This document shows, piece by piece, positions 47,630 through 60,560 of a stretch of DNA of 64,000 nucleotides. The translations under genes were made by a program, and so were the position numbers. Each line of letters begins with the position of its first letter. The first letter of the stretch is position 1. The stretch is from Macrostomum lignano (Eukaryota): NCBI GenBank assembly GCA_002269645.1, contig NIVC01001097.1:124001-188000 (forward strand), in the 5' to 3' direction. The notes beneath the pieces are model-generated. The model worked only from the letters and a program-made list of their open reading frames with translations. It had not been told where the DNA came from and did no database searches.

Positions 47630-48410
47630 CATTAGCAAGCATTGGCAATCATTAGCAATCATTAGCAATCATTAGCAATCATTGGCAATCATTAGCAATC
47701 ATTGGCAATCATTAGCAAGCATTGGCAATCATTAGCAATCATTAGCAATCATTAGCTATCATTGGCAATCATTAGCAATCATTGGCAATCATTAGCAATC
47801 ATTAGCAATCATTGGCAATCATTGGCAATCATTAGCTATCATTAGCAATCATTGGCAATCATTAGCAATCATTAGCAATCATTAGCAATCATTAGCAATC
47901 ATTAGCAATCATTAGCAATCATTGGCAATCATTAGCAATCATTAGCTATCATTAGCAATCATTGGCAATCATTAGCTATCATTAGCAATCATTGGCAATC
48001 ATTAGCAATCATTAGCAATCATTAGCAATCATTAGCAATCATTAGCAATCATTAGCAATCATTGGCAATCATTAGCAATCATTAGCTATCATTAGCAATC
48101 ATTGGCAATCATTAGCTATCATTAGCAATCATTGGCAATCATTAGCAATCATTAGCAATCATTAGCAATCATTATCAATCATTAGCAATCATTGACAATC
48201 ATGAGCAATCATAGGCAATCATTAGCAATCATTAGCAATCATTAGCAATCATTAGCAATCATTAGCAATCATTGGCAATCATTAGCAATCATTAGCTATC
48301 ATTAGCAATCATTGACAATCATGAGCTATCATTAGCAATCATTGACAATCATGAGCAATCATTGACAATCATTAGCAATCATTAGTAATCATTAGCAATC
48401 ATTGACAATC
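47630..48410. repeat. 10-bp minisatellite (cattagcaat)n
   Basis: Direct reading. Confidence 0.96.
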
Positions 48411-49239
48411 ATGAGCAAGGCGCTGGTTTGGCAGGCAGCGGCGAGACGTCCCCGCAGCGCCAGTGATTGATGGCTTGGGACAGTCCAGGCCGGAGAACAG
48501 CCCCATTTGTGGCTCCTGGCACGCAAGCAGCTCGAGAGCCGCTGCAGGGAGGGAGACTGGTAGACCTTCTGCTAACAGGCTCTAAATTAATGCAGTCTTG
48601 TTGAGCCACACCCTAGCAACTAAAGCTGGCTATATTTAGCGACCTTGCACTAATTCGACCCAAGCGTCTGCATCAGTACTGCTACTGCGAGCAGCCCATT
48701 TGCATGCCAGAGCTGACCAGCCAGATATTTCCATGCAGATTCAAACTGAATTCAGCGATAAAAACAAACCATTTTTCTATTGAATTGCAACCGTCCCAGT
48801 TTTATTACCTTGCGAGAGAATCGATTCGTGTATTGTGTTTAGGACGATGGGGGCCTCCATCGAGTCGGTTGAGTGCCAACTAAATCGTTGCATTTTGCCA
48901 AATCAATCCGAGCATCTGAGCAGAGCTTTCAGGTTGGGTGTGAGACCCGCGAGCAGCCACTCCAATAATTGGAGCAAGCGCTGCTCAGTGAGAACCCCGA
49001 GCTTGCAACAATTCTGCCAGCCAGCTCATTTCGTGAGTAGCTTTAAAAGCGGCTTGCCCTTTCCAATTAAAATTGAAGGAGGACAGCTCAGCGGTAACCA
49101 TGAGGGCCGCCCACTCCAATGCACAGTGTGTGTGCATGCCCAACTACAAGGGGCCACTGAAGTAATGTACATATCCTGTGCGTGCTCGGGGCATGACTAC
49201 CGCCTTCTCGATGTCTGCAGGTTCCCTGCGGCCTGCGAA

Positions 49240-49590
49240 CCAGCTCTTGTCCACCTGGAGATCCCCGAGCCTCCACAGCTCTTGTCCACCTGGAGATCCC
49301 CGAGCCTCCACAGCTCTTGTCCACCTGGAGATCCCCGAGCCTCCACAGCTCTTGTCCACCTGGAGATCCCCGAGCCTCCACAGCTCTTGTCAATCTGGAG
49401 ATCCCGGCCTCCACAGCTCTTGTCCACCTGGAGATCCCCGAGCCTCCACAGCTCTTGTCCACCTGGAGATCCCCGAGCCTCCACAGCTCTTGTCAATCTG
49501 GAGATCCCGGCCTCCACAGCTCTTGTCCATCTGGAGATCCCCGAGCCTCCACAGCTCTTGTCCACCTGGAGATCCCCGAGCCTCCACAGC
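49240..49590. repeat. 35-bp minisatellite
   Basis: Unit cacagctcttgtccacctggagatccccgagcctc. Confidence 0.92.
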
Positions 49591-50230
49591 CTCAGAGGGA
49601 AAGCGCTTCTAAGGAATTTCAAATTTTCACCAGCCCGGCTTGTAGCGCCTGTCTTTGCGCATCTGCGGTGAAGTCTGCAGAAAATAATACGCTGACACAA
49701 TTCTGCCACTTTATTATCGAGACACAGAGGCGTCTTAACTAAAAAGACGGCCGGAAAATAGGAAATGTTGGAAGCAACTTTGAGGGATCTGTCTGTAATT
49801 TTGCTGGTCAAAAAAGGGATTGCACCACATCCACAGAAATAAGAACAAATTTTTATTGCGTCAATAAATTTATGAACCAGAAATTCCCGAATACCGCAGA
49901 TTTTACACTAACTAATTAGCATAATGAGGAATTAGCAAGTAGATTGGCCTTCGCTGCCAAGCGTCAGTTTTAAGTTACTAATGTAGTCAGCCAGCTGTAT
50001 TGTTCACAGGTGCTGAGGATCTGAAATGGGGTGGGAAAATTAATAATTAAGTCAACTGGGGTTGAACTCTGCCGTTTTGAATGTGGGGAGCCGATACTCG
50101 TATTCGAGCATGCTGTGGCGATAGTGCGAATGGGTGAGTAATGGGAGATAGGAGAACTCAATCAATAACTCAATCACTTGGTCATTGACCTCACCTCTTC
50201 AGGCGTCTTCTACTTGGCGGCCTTGTACTT

Positions 50231-53200
50231 CTACTTGGTCTCTTTCTTCTCTTTCTTCTCTTTCTTCTCTTTCTTCTCTTTCTTTTCTTTCTTCTCTTTC
50301 TTCTCTTTCTTCTCTTTCTTTTCTTTCTTCTCTTTCTTCCCTTTCTTCTCTTTCTTCTCTTTCTTCTCTTTCTTCTCTTTCTTGCCTTTCTTCTCTTTCT
50401 TTTCTTTCTTCTCTTTCTTCTCTTTCTTCCCTTTCTTCTCTTTCTTCTCTTTCTTCTCCTTATCGCCCTTCTCGCCCTTCTTCTTGGCCTTGGGCGCCTT
50501 GGAAATCTTGTCGTCAGACAGTTTGATCTCCTTCTGGGCCTGGGCGATCCTGCCATTGACCTTGGCCAGACGCCGTTTCAAGATGTCCTTGTCACTCCTG
50601 CGAGAGAAGTAAGCGATGTAGCTGATGTGCCTGGACACCTTCTCGGCAGTCTCAAGGAGGTCCTTGAAATCTTCGATGCACTTCTCGGCGAGCTTCTGGT
50701 CTCGCTTGGCCCGGGCCTTGTTGGAGGCGACAATGAGCTTGTCGGTCATGCTGTCGGCTTTGCTGGTGGCCTTCTTCAGCTTGACCGCTTCCTTGTCGGC
50801 GAGTTTTCGCGCGTCCTTGCGGCGGATGCGCGGCACGGAGTCGGAGGCCGAGCGGACCAGGCGGCGCAGTGGCCGCATGATGCTCAGGACGATGTCTGAC
50901 ACCTCGGAGGCCTGGCGGACAACCTCCAGCGAGGCTGCGAGAATTTGGTAGTCGGGTTACGTTGGGTTAGGCTTGTAATCTTGCCTGTGTTTAGTGACAG
51001 GGCAGCCGATGGCTTGTAATCTTGCCTGTGTTTAGTGACAGGGCAGCCGATGGCTTGTAATCTTGCCTGTGTTTAGTGACAGGGCAGCCGATGGCTTGTA
51101 ATCTTGCCTGTGTTTAGTGACACGGCAGCCGATGGCTTGTAATCTTGCCTGTGTTTAGTGACAGGGCAGCCGATGGCTTGTAATCTTGCCTGTGTTTAGT
51201 GACAGGGCAGCCGATGGCTTGTAATCTTGCCTGTGTTTAGTGACAGGGCAGCCGATGGCTTGTAATCTTGCCTGTGTTTAGTGACAGGGCAGCCGATGGC
51301 TTGTAATCTTGCCTGTGTTTAGTGACAGGGCAGCCGATGGCTTGTAATCTTGCCTGTGTTTAGTGACAGGGCAGCCGATGGCTTGTAATCTTGCCTGTGT
51401 TTAGTGACACGGCAGCCGATGGCTTGTAATCTTGCCTATGTTTAGTGACACGGCAGCCGATGGCTTGTAATCTTGCCTGTGTTTAGTGACAGGGCAGCCG
51501 ATGGCTTGTAATCTTGCCTGTGTTTAGTGACAGGGCAGCCGATGGCTTGTAATCTTGCCTGTGTTTAGTGACAGGGCAGCCGATGGCTTGTAATCTTGCC
51601 TGTGTTTAGTGACACGGCAGCCGATGGCTTGTAATCTTGCCTGTGTTTAGTGACACGGCAGCCGATAATTTGTACGCAATGAACCTACTATTTGATACGC
51701 TCACGGATCGATAGATTCCAGCTTACGGTATGACATGATTTGTGCGCAATGAACCTACTATTTGATACGCTCACGGATCGATAGATTCCAGCTTACGGTA
51801 TGACATGATTTGTGCGCAATGAACCTACTATTTGATACGCTCACGGATCGATAGATTCCAGCTTACCGTATGGCATGATTTGTGCGCAATGAACCTACTA
51901 TTTGATACGCTCACGGATCGATGGAGTCCAGCTTACCGTATGGCATGATTTGTGCGCAATGAACCTACTATTTGATAAGCTCACGGATCGATAGATTCCA
52001 GCTTACCGTATGGCAGAGTGGAGAAGCTGGATGAGTCAATCTTCAGTTTGGTTTTTCCAACCTTCAGCTTCAATTCCTCCTCTTCCACCAGCGACTTGAG
52101 CTTCTCGATCTTGCTGCTGCGCACCAGGCCGGAGACGAGCAGCTTTCGGGACACGTACAGCTTGCGGATGGTGTAGGGGTGAATCCGCAGCGCCTTGGCA
52201 AGACCGTTCCTCACGGCGCTCAAGAATTTGCTCTTCTGCTTCTGAGAGTCGCCAACAGTGGAAACGTATGAGCCCTTGACGGTGAACTCGAACTGAGCCA
52301 GGTCCTTGGCTGCAGGGGTTTGAAATGGATATTTAAGAAGAACCCTGTCGGTTTTAACTTGTTTTGAGCAAGGAAATCATAAACATTGACTTACGATCAA
52401 CCTTCTTGAAGCCCATCTCTTCCCAGTTGATCTCGACGTTTCGCGACAGCAGATCCCGGATCTTGTCTGCAATTGGTTGTTCAGTTGTAAAGTCCGTTGT
52501 TTGGTCATTATCACCAGAATGAGTAGAAAACCGAGCACTTACTGGTATATTTCGCCTTCATCGAAACCTTGTTAACTTTTCCAACTCTGCAGGTGGCAGA
52601 GATGATGTCATCTACGAACTGCGGCTCGACCAGCTCGCTGAATGTGCTTGTCTTGAAGCTGTGGATGCCGTGGGGCGCCGTTGCAATGCTGTCGAGCTGC
52701 TTTGCCTGGATGTCATCGCCAACTCCGACGGTGATGATTCGGCAGCCCAAGGCTTTGACCTTCGCGGCCTCCTTGATCGGGTCGACCTTGCTGTTGGAGG
52801 CTCCGTCGGTAACCAGAATGACGACACTCTCGGCGCCCTTGCTCTCGCCACCCCGATAGCCGTTGACCTTGTTGAGCAGAAAGCGGCGGAAGGCCTTGAT
52901 GGCGTCTCCGGTGTAGGTGGAGCCTGGAGAATACGCCATCTCCATCACTCGAGTGGTCATGGAGTCCAGGTGGTAGTGGGCGACGTAGTTGAAGATCACC
53001 TTCATTCTCTGCACACTGGAGAACTTGAGCAGAGCCACGTGCGTGTTGTCGCGAGAAACGTCCAGCTTCTTTGCTACGGCAACAATGAAGCGCCGAATGT
53101 GCTCGAAGTTCCTGCCGCGAACGGAGTCAGAGGAGTCGATTAGGAAAGCGACGTCCATGCGCTTGCTGCAGGTGCGCTTGCACTTGGCCGATCCCGTCCA

Positions 53201-56200
53201 CAGAATGTCATCGCACTGGTTGCGGCTGTTGACTCGCTGGGTGTACACCTTGATTGGCACAATCTTGCCATTGCAATGGCCAGTTTCCACCGCCGGCTTG
53301 GGGCAAGAGCAGCGGATCTCCTTGGTGCGTCTGCGTTGGATGCAGCCGCGAGTGAGGCGGTTGAACTCGTAGAAGGTCTCATACATGATCTTGAAGTTGT
53401 TCACACACGGCAGGTATTTGCGGGTGGGCTTTGGGCAGGCTGAAATGCATTCATCAGTGATAGTTTTTTCATTCGACAAGACGGAATGCCATAAGTTGTT
53501 TAAAAACTTACCGCATCTCGCAGTCTTTGTCTTAGTCACTGCTTTGCAATGACCGCCAGATTCGCCACCACTGATCAGCTTGTACTGCAGAATGGTGGTC
53601 TTCCTGTACTGATTCTCGCATTTGCCAATGGTTTTCTTCGGACCGGGGCAGCCACAGCGGACTTTACTGTCCTTGGAGGAGCTTTCGCAAATGCCCTTCT
53701 TTTTATTTAACTTGTAGTAGGTAGTCGTAATTTTTTTAAACATTTTTTCGCACGGACCCGCCTTTGTGTCCGGCTTCGGACACGCGCAGCGCACCTTCTT
53801 AAAGTCCTGCTTCACAACCTTCTTGCAGCCGTAGCCCTTGGGTACGTACTCAACCCGGTGGATGGATTTGTAGTTGCCGACGCAGTCGCCATTGATTAAA
53901 TACGGGTGCGGGCACACTGCAATTTCGGGCAATACAGAGTTAAGCACGCTGGGTTATTAGCTTGAGTAATCCATCAAAGACACTCACGTGGCCTCTCGCA
54001 GTGGAAGGTGAGAACTCGGGCAACCAGGCCGTGGATGTCCTGGAACTCGCGCAGGCCGAAGATGAACACGCGGCCCTCGGGTCCGGCCAGCTTGGCCAGC
54101 TGGGCCCTGTTCCGCTTGGACTGCTCGCCCATGGCGATCGTGACGAAGAAAACGCCAGACCGCCTGACCAGCTTGGACTCGTAGAACTGGTCAACCTCGC
54201 CGTTGGAGTCGGCACCGTCCGTGAGCAGGATGGTGACGTGAGGCACGTCCTCTCGCATGCCGGCGTGCTTCTGCCACATCTTGGTGCGCACCTCGTGCAG
54301 TGCCTCGCCGAGGAAGGTGAGACCGGGCTCGTACTGCATGGCCTCGATCTTCTTCAGGATCTCCTCGTGCGAGTTGTGCTCCCAGCTGTCCAGGTCCATG
54401 ACAATTTTGTTCTTGTGGCTAAAGCGCATCACGCCGATTCGCTGGCGCTCGCCGTTCTTCATGTAGAACTGCTGGACAACGTCGCGAACGAAGTTCTTCA
54501 TGATGTAGAAGTTGTGCTCGGTCACGGTCAGGGACGAGTCCAGCATGAAGATCACGTCGGCCTTCTGAATGCAGACTGAGAATTTTGAGAGAGTTTACCT
54601 TAGATGGATTCTTGCTTGAAAATTGAAAGGAGAAAATGTGCGCTTATTTTCTAGCATAGCCTTGCATCCGCGCCAGTTACTCACTGGGAACGTTCGGGCA
54701 GTCACTGGGGTGCACGCATTTGCCCTTGTGCAGCAGGAAGTACGGCCGGCACTCGCACTGCGGCCGTCGCTCCTTGGGGCACTTGCTGAACAGCACGGGC
54801 TCGTTGCAGGTCCTGGGGCAGCCGGAGCCGCGCACTCGGAAATACTGGTGCCCGGGGCAGGGCGTGGGTTCGTTGCACTTGCCCTTGTAGTAGTACTTCT
54901 TGCCGGTGCACACTGCGGGTAGGCAATGCGGCAGAAAGAAATTCGTCGGGCTTCAAATATTTGCCCGAATTCCACTTGTGTGGATATGAGCTCCACTATT
55001 CATTAAATCTGAAAAAGAGGGTTCTGACACTACTGGGAAGAACTAGTTTGCTTCGGATCCTTACTCTTCACGCAGCGGCCATCCTTGGTCTTCTTGAAGC
55101 CGGGGTCGCAGCCGACTTTGTAACATTTTCGGTCAGAGCGCAGCTTGTAGCCCTTCGGGCACTTTATGGCTGAAATTCGAGAAGTGAAATTCTCGTGAGC
55201 GCTTATGGCTTATCCCAGCTGAGTCTCACCACCTGCACTGGGCCCGCCTGCCTACCTTTCTTGCAGATGTCTCGGAACAGGATCTGGCCTGGAGGGCAGT
55301 ACTTGCGCACCTTCGGCATGCATTTGCCATCGAAGAATTCCGTTTTGGGCGGACAGTCGACTGAATGTTTTTTTTACAGTGGGCGGAGGAATTAAGAAGG
55401 GAATGGAAAAACTGATTGGCATGGATGCGAAGTCAGGCAATCAATTTAATTGAATTCAGTTTAATGCAACAGAATATTTTAAATGTGTTCTGCGAAAAAG
55501 GATTGCAATGATAAATAAAATCTCTGCTTTGCACTGCACTGTGGCAACAAGGCGGATTAAGTTGGGCTACATTTTCTTGAATTGAAAGCAAAGCAGATGC
55601 TGGAACTGCACTGTGAGCAATGGAGTAGCAAAAGGTAGGATTTCGCTTTATTATTGGGGAATACGGCCGCAAGGGGAGATCAATTCGCCTCACCTTTTCT
55701 GCAGGTGCAGGTGGCTTTGTTCAGCGCCAGGCCTTTGCGGCAGCGCATTTTGCATTCGCACCGGCAGTCGCTCTTCTGGTCAAAGTTTCGGCCCGGGCAC
55801 TTCTTCTTGCACTCTACAAGTCAATTAGACAGTTTTGGTGGAGCACTGGAGCTTGATTCAGTCAAGGGGATTTGGGATTAACTTCTTGCGCAAGGCAAGG
55901 TTTTGGAACTCAATATTTACCACAGGCACAGAGCTTAGCGTTGAGTTTCTTTTCTCCTTTGCAGGATTTCTTGCAGACCTTGGCCTTCTTGGGCTTCGAG
56001 GGCACGTGTCGGGGCACGCAGACGCAGCCCTTGACGAGGATCTCCGACTCCTTGCAGCTCTTCCTGCAGTCATCGCTGACGGACACGTTGGGGACGCACT
56101 TGCACGGGACCACCAGCATAAAGCCCTTGGGGCATTTCAGGCTGCACTTGGGTTTCACTGGAATTGAGGGAGCAAAATTCATACTGCTCATGCTGCTCAA

Positions 56201-58562
56201 AGCAAAATACGCGCTGCTCAGTGCTCAAACGACGCTTCTGACTCACATGGGACGCACTCTCGGGCGATCATCTGCAGTCCCTTGCCGCAGGACTTGAAGT
56301 CTTTAACCGAGGCAGCCTTGCCGCCTTCGCACAGGATGTCGGTGATAACCTTGCCGACTTTGCCGAGGTCTTCGAAATCGTTGACAACCGTGACGTACTT
56401 CTTATTGCTGGCCAGCTTCTCCAGGGCGCTCCTGGAGATGCCGGTGCCGATGCCGAGCGCCAAGACGGAGGCGCCCATCTTGCGTAGCTTGTTGGACTCG
56501 GCAACGGGGTTGGCGCGGCCGTTGGCGCGACCGTCGGTAAGAAGCACCACCACCGGCTTGGCCTCGGGGCGGTGGCCGTTCGCCTTCTGGAAGCCCTGCT
56601 CGCGGATCAGCTGGAAAGCCTCACCGGTGACGGTCTTGCCGGATTTGTACCTGAATTTTGCCAGGTAGTTCGTGTGCGACCAATTCGGCATTGGTGAAGT
56701 ACTGGGAGGCTGAATGAGCAACTTTTCCATTTTCAGAGGGTCGCTAATCAAGCTCTAACAGCTTCTTAGTTCACAGCTCAAAAAGCAGACGGTAACCTAT
56801 TTGTAGCTTCTCATGTTGCGAGCGTGCAATGCAAGCCTCGGGCATCTGCCCTCTTTTTATACTAAGGTGTCTGTCTGCTTGTGGTGGTAGGCAGGAGGCA
56901 CAGCTAGACTCAGAGGCTTACTCAAGGTCGTGCAGCAGGAACTGCAGCATGGCCTTGCGTTCCGCGGGCTTTCTCATGGAGTAGTCCTTCAGCTTGATGA
57001 CCATGTCCGCCTTGTCCGAGAAGATCACGACGCCGAAGCGGAAGTTGCTGGATTTGCGCAGCAGTTTGGAGACGATCTCGTGAATGAATTTCGTCACCAC
57101 AGCGAAGTTCCTCCGGCCGACGGAGTGGGACGAGTCCAGTGCGAAGAAAATGTCCGCCTTTTGGCTGCAGCCTGGATTGCGTGGTGGGGCCGGCGTGATT
57201 GTTCTGGGATTTGCAGCAGAGTTCAAAGCGAAAGCCGGCAAGCAGGCAGACAGTCGGACCGGGCCCGGGGCTTGGGGCTTTCCCAGGGATTGACTGGCCA
57301 GGAGGCAATGCCAGAAAGATTAAAAGCAGGCTTTGGCGACGATGCAAAAGCAAGGAAGAATTCCCCAAAGGTTTTTAATTAGTAGTTTATAATGTACTGT
57401 TTAAGGTTGAAAATAACGCTTGGGTCGCAGTAGTGCTCGTATTAAGTCTTGTTTACACTTTTGTCAACAGATGTTTCCTTTAGTGTAGAGGCCTGAACTA
57501 CTTGCAGTAGTGTGGTTCAAAGATGAATTTAAATTAACGAATTACCACGAGAAATTCTAGGCAGTGCATGTACCGAGTTTTTTACATAATTTTGCGACAC
57601 TTACGTAATGCTGAATTTTTTTTGCAAAAAAGTTGAAGATGCATTGTTAGAGACAGTCAATAATTTTGGGGTTTCACATCGCACAGACAGACAGGTAGGT
57701 GCCTAGCACATTGTCTATGGCTCTGATGGATAGGTAGTGTCTAGCACACTGTCTATGGCTCTGATGGATAGGTAGTGTCTAGCACACTGTCTATGGCTCT
57801 GATGGACAGGTGGTGTCTAGCACACTGTCTATGGCTCTGATGGATAGGTAGTGTCTAGCACACTGTCTATGGCTCTGATGGATAGGTAGTGTCTAGCACA
57901 CTGTCTATGGCTCTGATGGACAGGTAGTGTCTAGCACACTGTCTATGGCTCTGATGGACAGGTGGTGTCTAGCACACTGTCTATGGCTCTGATGGACAGG
58001 TGGTGTCTAGCACACTGTCTATGGATCTGATGGACAGGTAGCAGTTTAAACGTCCCTGCATTGGAAATTGTTAGTTGCATCCTGAGTCCTTTCAGCGGCT
58101 CCCTGAGGCGAACTCATAGATACGAGCTAAGCGTACAAGGATAGGAAAAGCGGAAGCGACAAGCGGAGCATGCAACCAGGTTGGACCGCTGCAGCGCAGT
58201 TGCAGACCGGTCATTGAAAGCAATAGCAAATTTCTGCACAAATAAAAATATCGGTACTTACTTTTACCTGAGAATTGAGGTGGTATGCACGTAGTTAGGC
58301 GTGTTATAAGTGTGTCAATAGTCAGGTTAATTAGTCAAAATGGCAAAAACCAAGGCGTGACTGAGAAGGGCCACTGACTCAATTTCTGTTCTAGTGCAGA
58401 CTTTGTGAGGCTGTAGGCCTTCGGAAAGCCGAGTGGCTACTCACCATCCTTGCTGATCTCAGTCAGCGTGCTGAGCACATCGCTGTCAGCGGCTGCAACA
58501 TTGCCTTGGAGCACCAGCGGCAGCAGCAGCAGCGCCGGGAACAGTGACATCAGGCGCCGCAT
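50231..58562 (-). CDS. Large secreted multidomain protein (~1511 aa): SP-VWA1-CXCXC/Cys-rich-TIL-VWA2-5x Cys repeats-VWA3-SEA-like-helical-KEK tail; 14 exons
   Basis: Exons 58562-58445, 57171-56922, 56650-56247, 56157-55921, 55813-55694, 55360-55256, 55169-55065, 54912-54685, 54575-53988, 53916-53512, 53439-52543, 52466-52395, 52309-52007, 50934-50231. All GT/AG; phase 1 except one phase 2; 4536 nt in total. Signal MRRLMSLFPALLLLPLVLQGNVAA; VWA motifs ADIFFALDSSHS..LLTDG, ADVIFMLDSSLT..LLTDG, MDVAFLIDSSDS..LVTDG. Confidence 0.85.
50970..51665. repeat. 41-bp intronic minisatellite
   Basis: Unit ggcttgtaatcttgcctgtgtttagtgacagggcagccgat. Confidence 0.95.
51670..52015. repeat. 70-bp tandem repeat that copies an exon end plus its 5' splice site
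   Basis: GCTTAC (GTAAGC on the minus strand) at 51721, 51791, 51861, 51931, 52001. Confidence 0.92.
57690..58040. repeat. 38-bp intronic minisatellite
   Basis: Unit ggtagtgtctagcacactgtctatggctctgatggata. Confidence 0.93.
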
Positions 58563-59137
58563 TGGTGGCCGCTCTCGTTGCCTATCGAAGAATCGAAGAG
58601 TATCTGCTCAAGCAGCACGGAAACAATTCCAACAGAGTGTGAGAGATGCTTAAAGTCCTGGCAGCAGCAAATTCCGCTTTCCCTCACTGTTGAGCTTAGC
58701 CTGGCCGCGCACACAGCGTCTTATTCTGCTCACTGCGATCCGCGCTCCAACAGAGACAGTCTTAGAGGAGTTGCTGGCCGGAGCAGAAGCCGTGGGAGGA
58801 GGGGCTGGCAGGCAGGGAGTGGTGGACCAAGCGGAGAGCCGGCAGTTGGTGCGGGGGGGCAGAAAGTCGCCGCTGTTGGCAAAAAAAGGCTTCTCCTGGT
58901 TGCTGGGCGGTGGAGCCGCGGCGAGCTGTGGGTTGGCCGAGCCTCTCGGACCGCTGGGCAGGGAGGGGGCGGGGGGCGCAGCTCTCCTCCTGAGCTCTGG
59001 CGTCTACCAGCATTTTTGCCGCTGCAGAGCTGGCGCTGCGGCTGCCCCGCGCGGACTCGTGCAGGTGTTTTCGTACCGAATTGATTATTTTGTGCCGTAG
59101 CCAAAAATGCGCCTCCACCCACCGTCATTGCTGGGTG

Positions 59138-59173
<36 letters not shown>

Positions 59174-59804
59174 TCTACTCGGGGCTCCTCAACTTCAACG
59201 TCGCGGACAGCAACGCGCATCCCATAAAGTCTGCTGTGGCAGGATCGATCGATCCGGGATAGTGGGGGAGGGTGCTGGAGTTGCTGGTGCAGCGCTGAAG
59301 GTGGGGCTGACTGGCTCGCATTCTTGCCGCTCTGCGTGTGGCACTCACAAGGCGCTGTTTGCGTCTAATCGCAACTCTCTGCTGCCCGAGACATATTTGG
59401 GAGCGAAGGGGGGCAGCAGCGGGGAGACTCGGCCGATCTGTCGTGACTAAGCAGCAGTGCTGAGTTGGGCCCGAGCTCGCACAATGGCTTCTCTCCGCGG
59501 CAGTTTCAGTCACCCGTAGATGCAGAAGCAGAAGCACTGAGCATACAGTAGCAGTCACTCTCAAATTGCGGAGAGCAAAGAAACTGCTATGCAGCTTTGG
59601 GAAGCACGTTTGCATAGTGCAGTACTGTTTCCGTATACATTCTCTCGAATAAAATATCAGATTGGTATCAGATAGTCATCAATGTGTTAGAACTTATTCG
59701 ATTGATTATTGCTAATTAACAATCTTAATAAATGCACTCGATCCGTGGGTCACAGGCCCCCGCCTGTGAATTGTTAGTTGCAGGGGCGTCACCTCTGCCT
59801 GAGT

Positions 59805-60560
59805 GCCTGTGGCGCCAAAATGAGTACCTGCCTACGGCGCCAAAATGAGTGCCTGCCTACGGCGCCAAAATGAGTACCTGCGGCGCCAAGATGAGTGCCT
59901 GCCTACGGCGCCAAAATGAGTACCTGCGGCGCCAAGATGAGTGCCTGCCTACGGCGCCAAAATGAGTGCCTGCCTACGGCGCCAAAATAAGTACCTGCGG
60001 CGCCAAGATGGGTGCCTGCCTGCGGCGCCAAGATGAGTGCCTGCCTGCGGCGCCAAGATGAGTGCCTGCCTGCGGCGCCAAGATGAGTGCCTGCCTGCGG
60101 CGCCAAGATGAGTGCCTGCCTGCGGCGCCAAGATGAGTGCCTGCCTGCGGCGCCAAGATGAGTGCCTGCCTGCGGCGCCAAGATGAGTGCCTGCCTGCGG
60201 CGCCAAGATGAGTGCCTGCCTGCGGCGCCAAGATGAGTGCCTGCCTGCGGCGCCAAGATGAGTGCCTGCGGCGCCAAGATGAGTGCCTGCGGCGCCAAGA
60301 TGAGTGCCTGCGGCGCCAAGATGAGTGCTTGCGGCGCCAAGATGAGTGCCTGCGGCGCCAAGATGAGTGCCTGCGGCGCCAAGATGAGTGCCTGCCTGCG
60401 GCGCCAAGATGAGTGCCTGCCTGCGGCGCCAAGATGAGTGCCTGCGGCGCCAAGATGAGTACCTGCCTGCGGCGCCAAGATGAGTACCTGCCTGCGGCGC
60501 CAAGATGAGTACCTGCCTGCGGCGCCAAGATGAGTACCTGCCTGCGGCGCCAAGATGAGT
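59805..60560. repeat. 25/21-bp minisatellite (gcggcgccaagatgagtgcct[gcct])
   Basis: Direct reading. Confidence 0.94.

Noticed and set aside
48835-49811. 278-aa and 204-aa ORFs
   Set aside because: They are largely a 35-bp minisatellite and show no domain.
58578-59615. Several GC-rich ORFs and a (CAG)n tract upstream of the VWA gene
   Set aside because: No consistent frame, motif or splice model; probably 5' UTR or promoter sequence.
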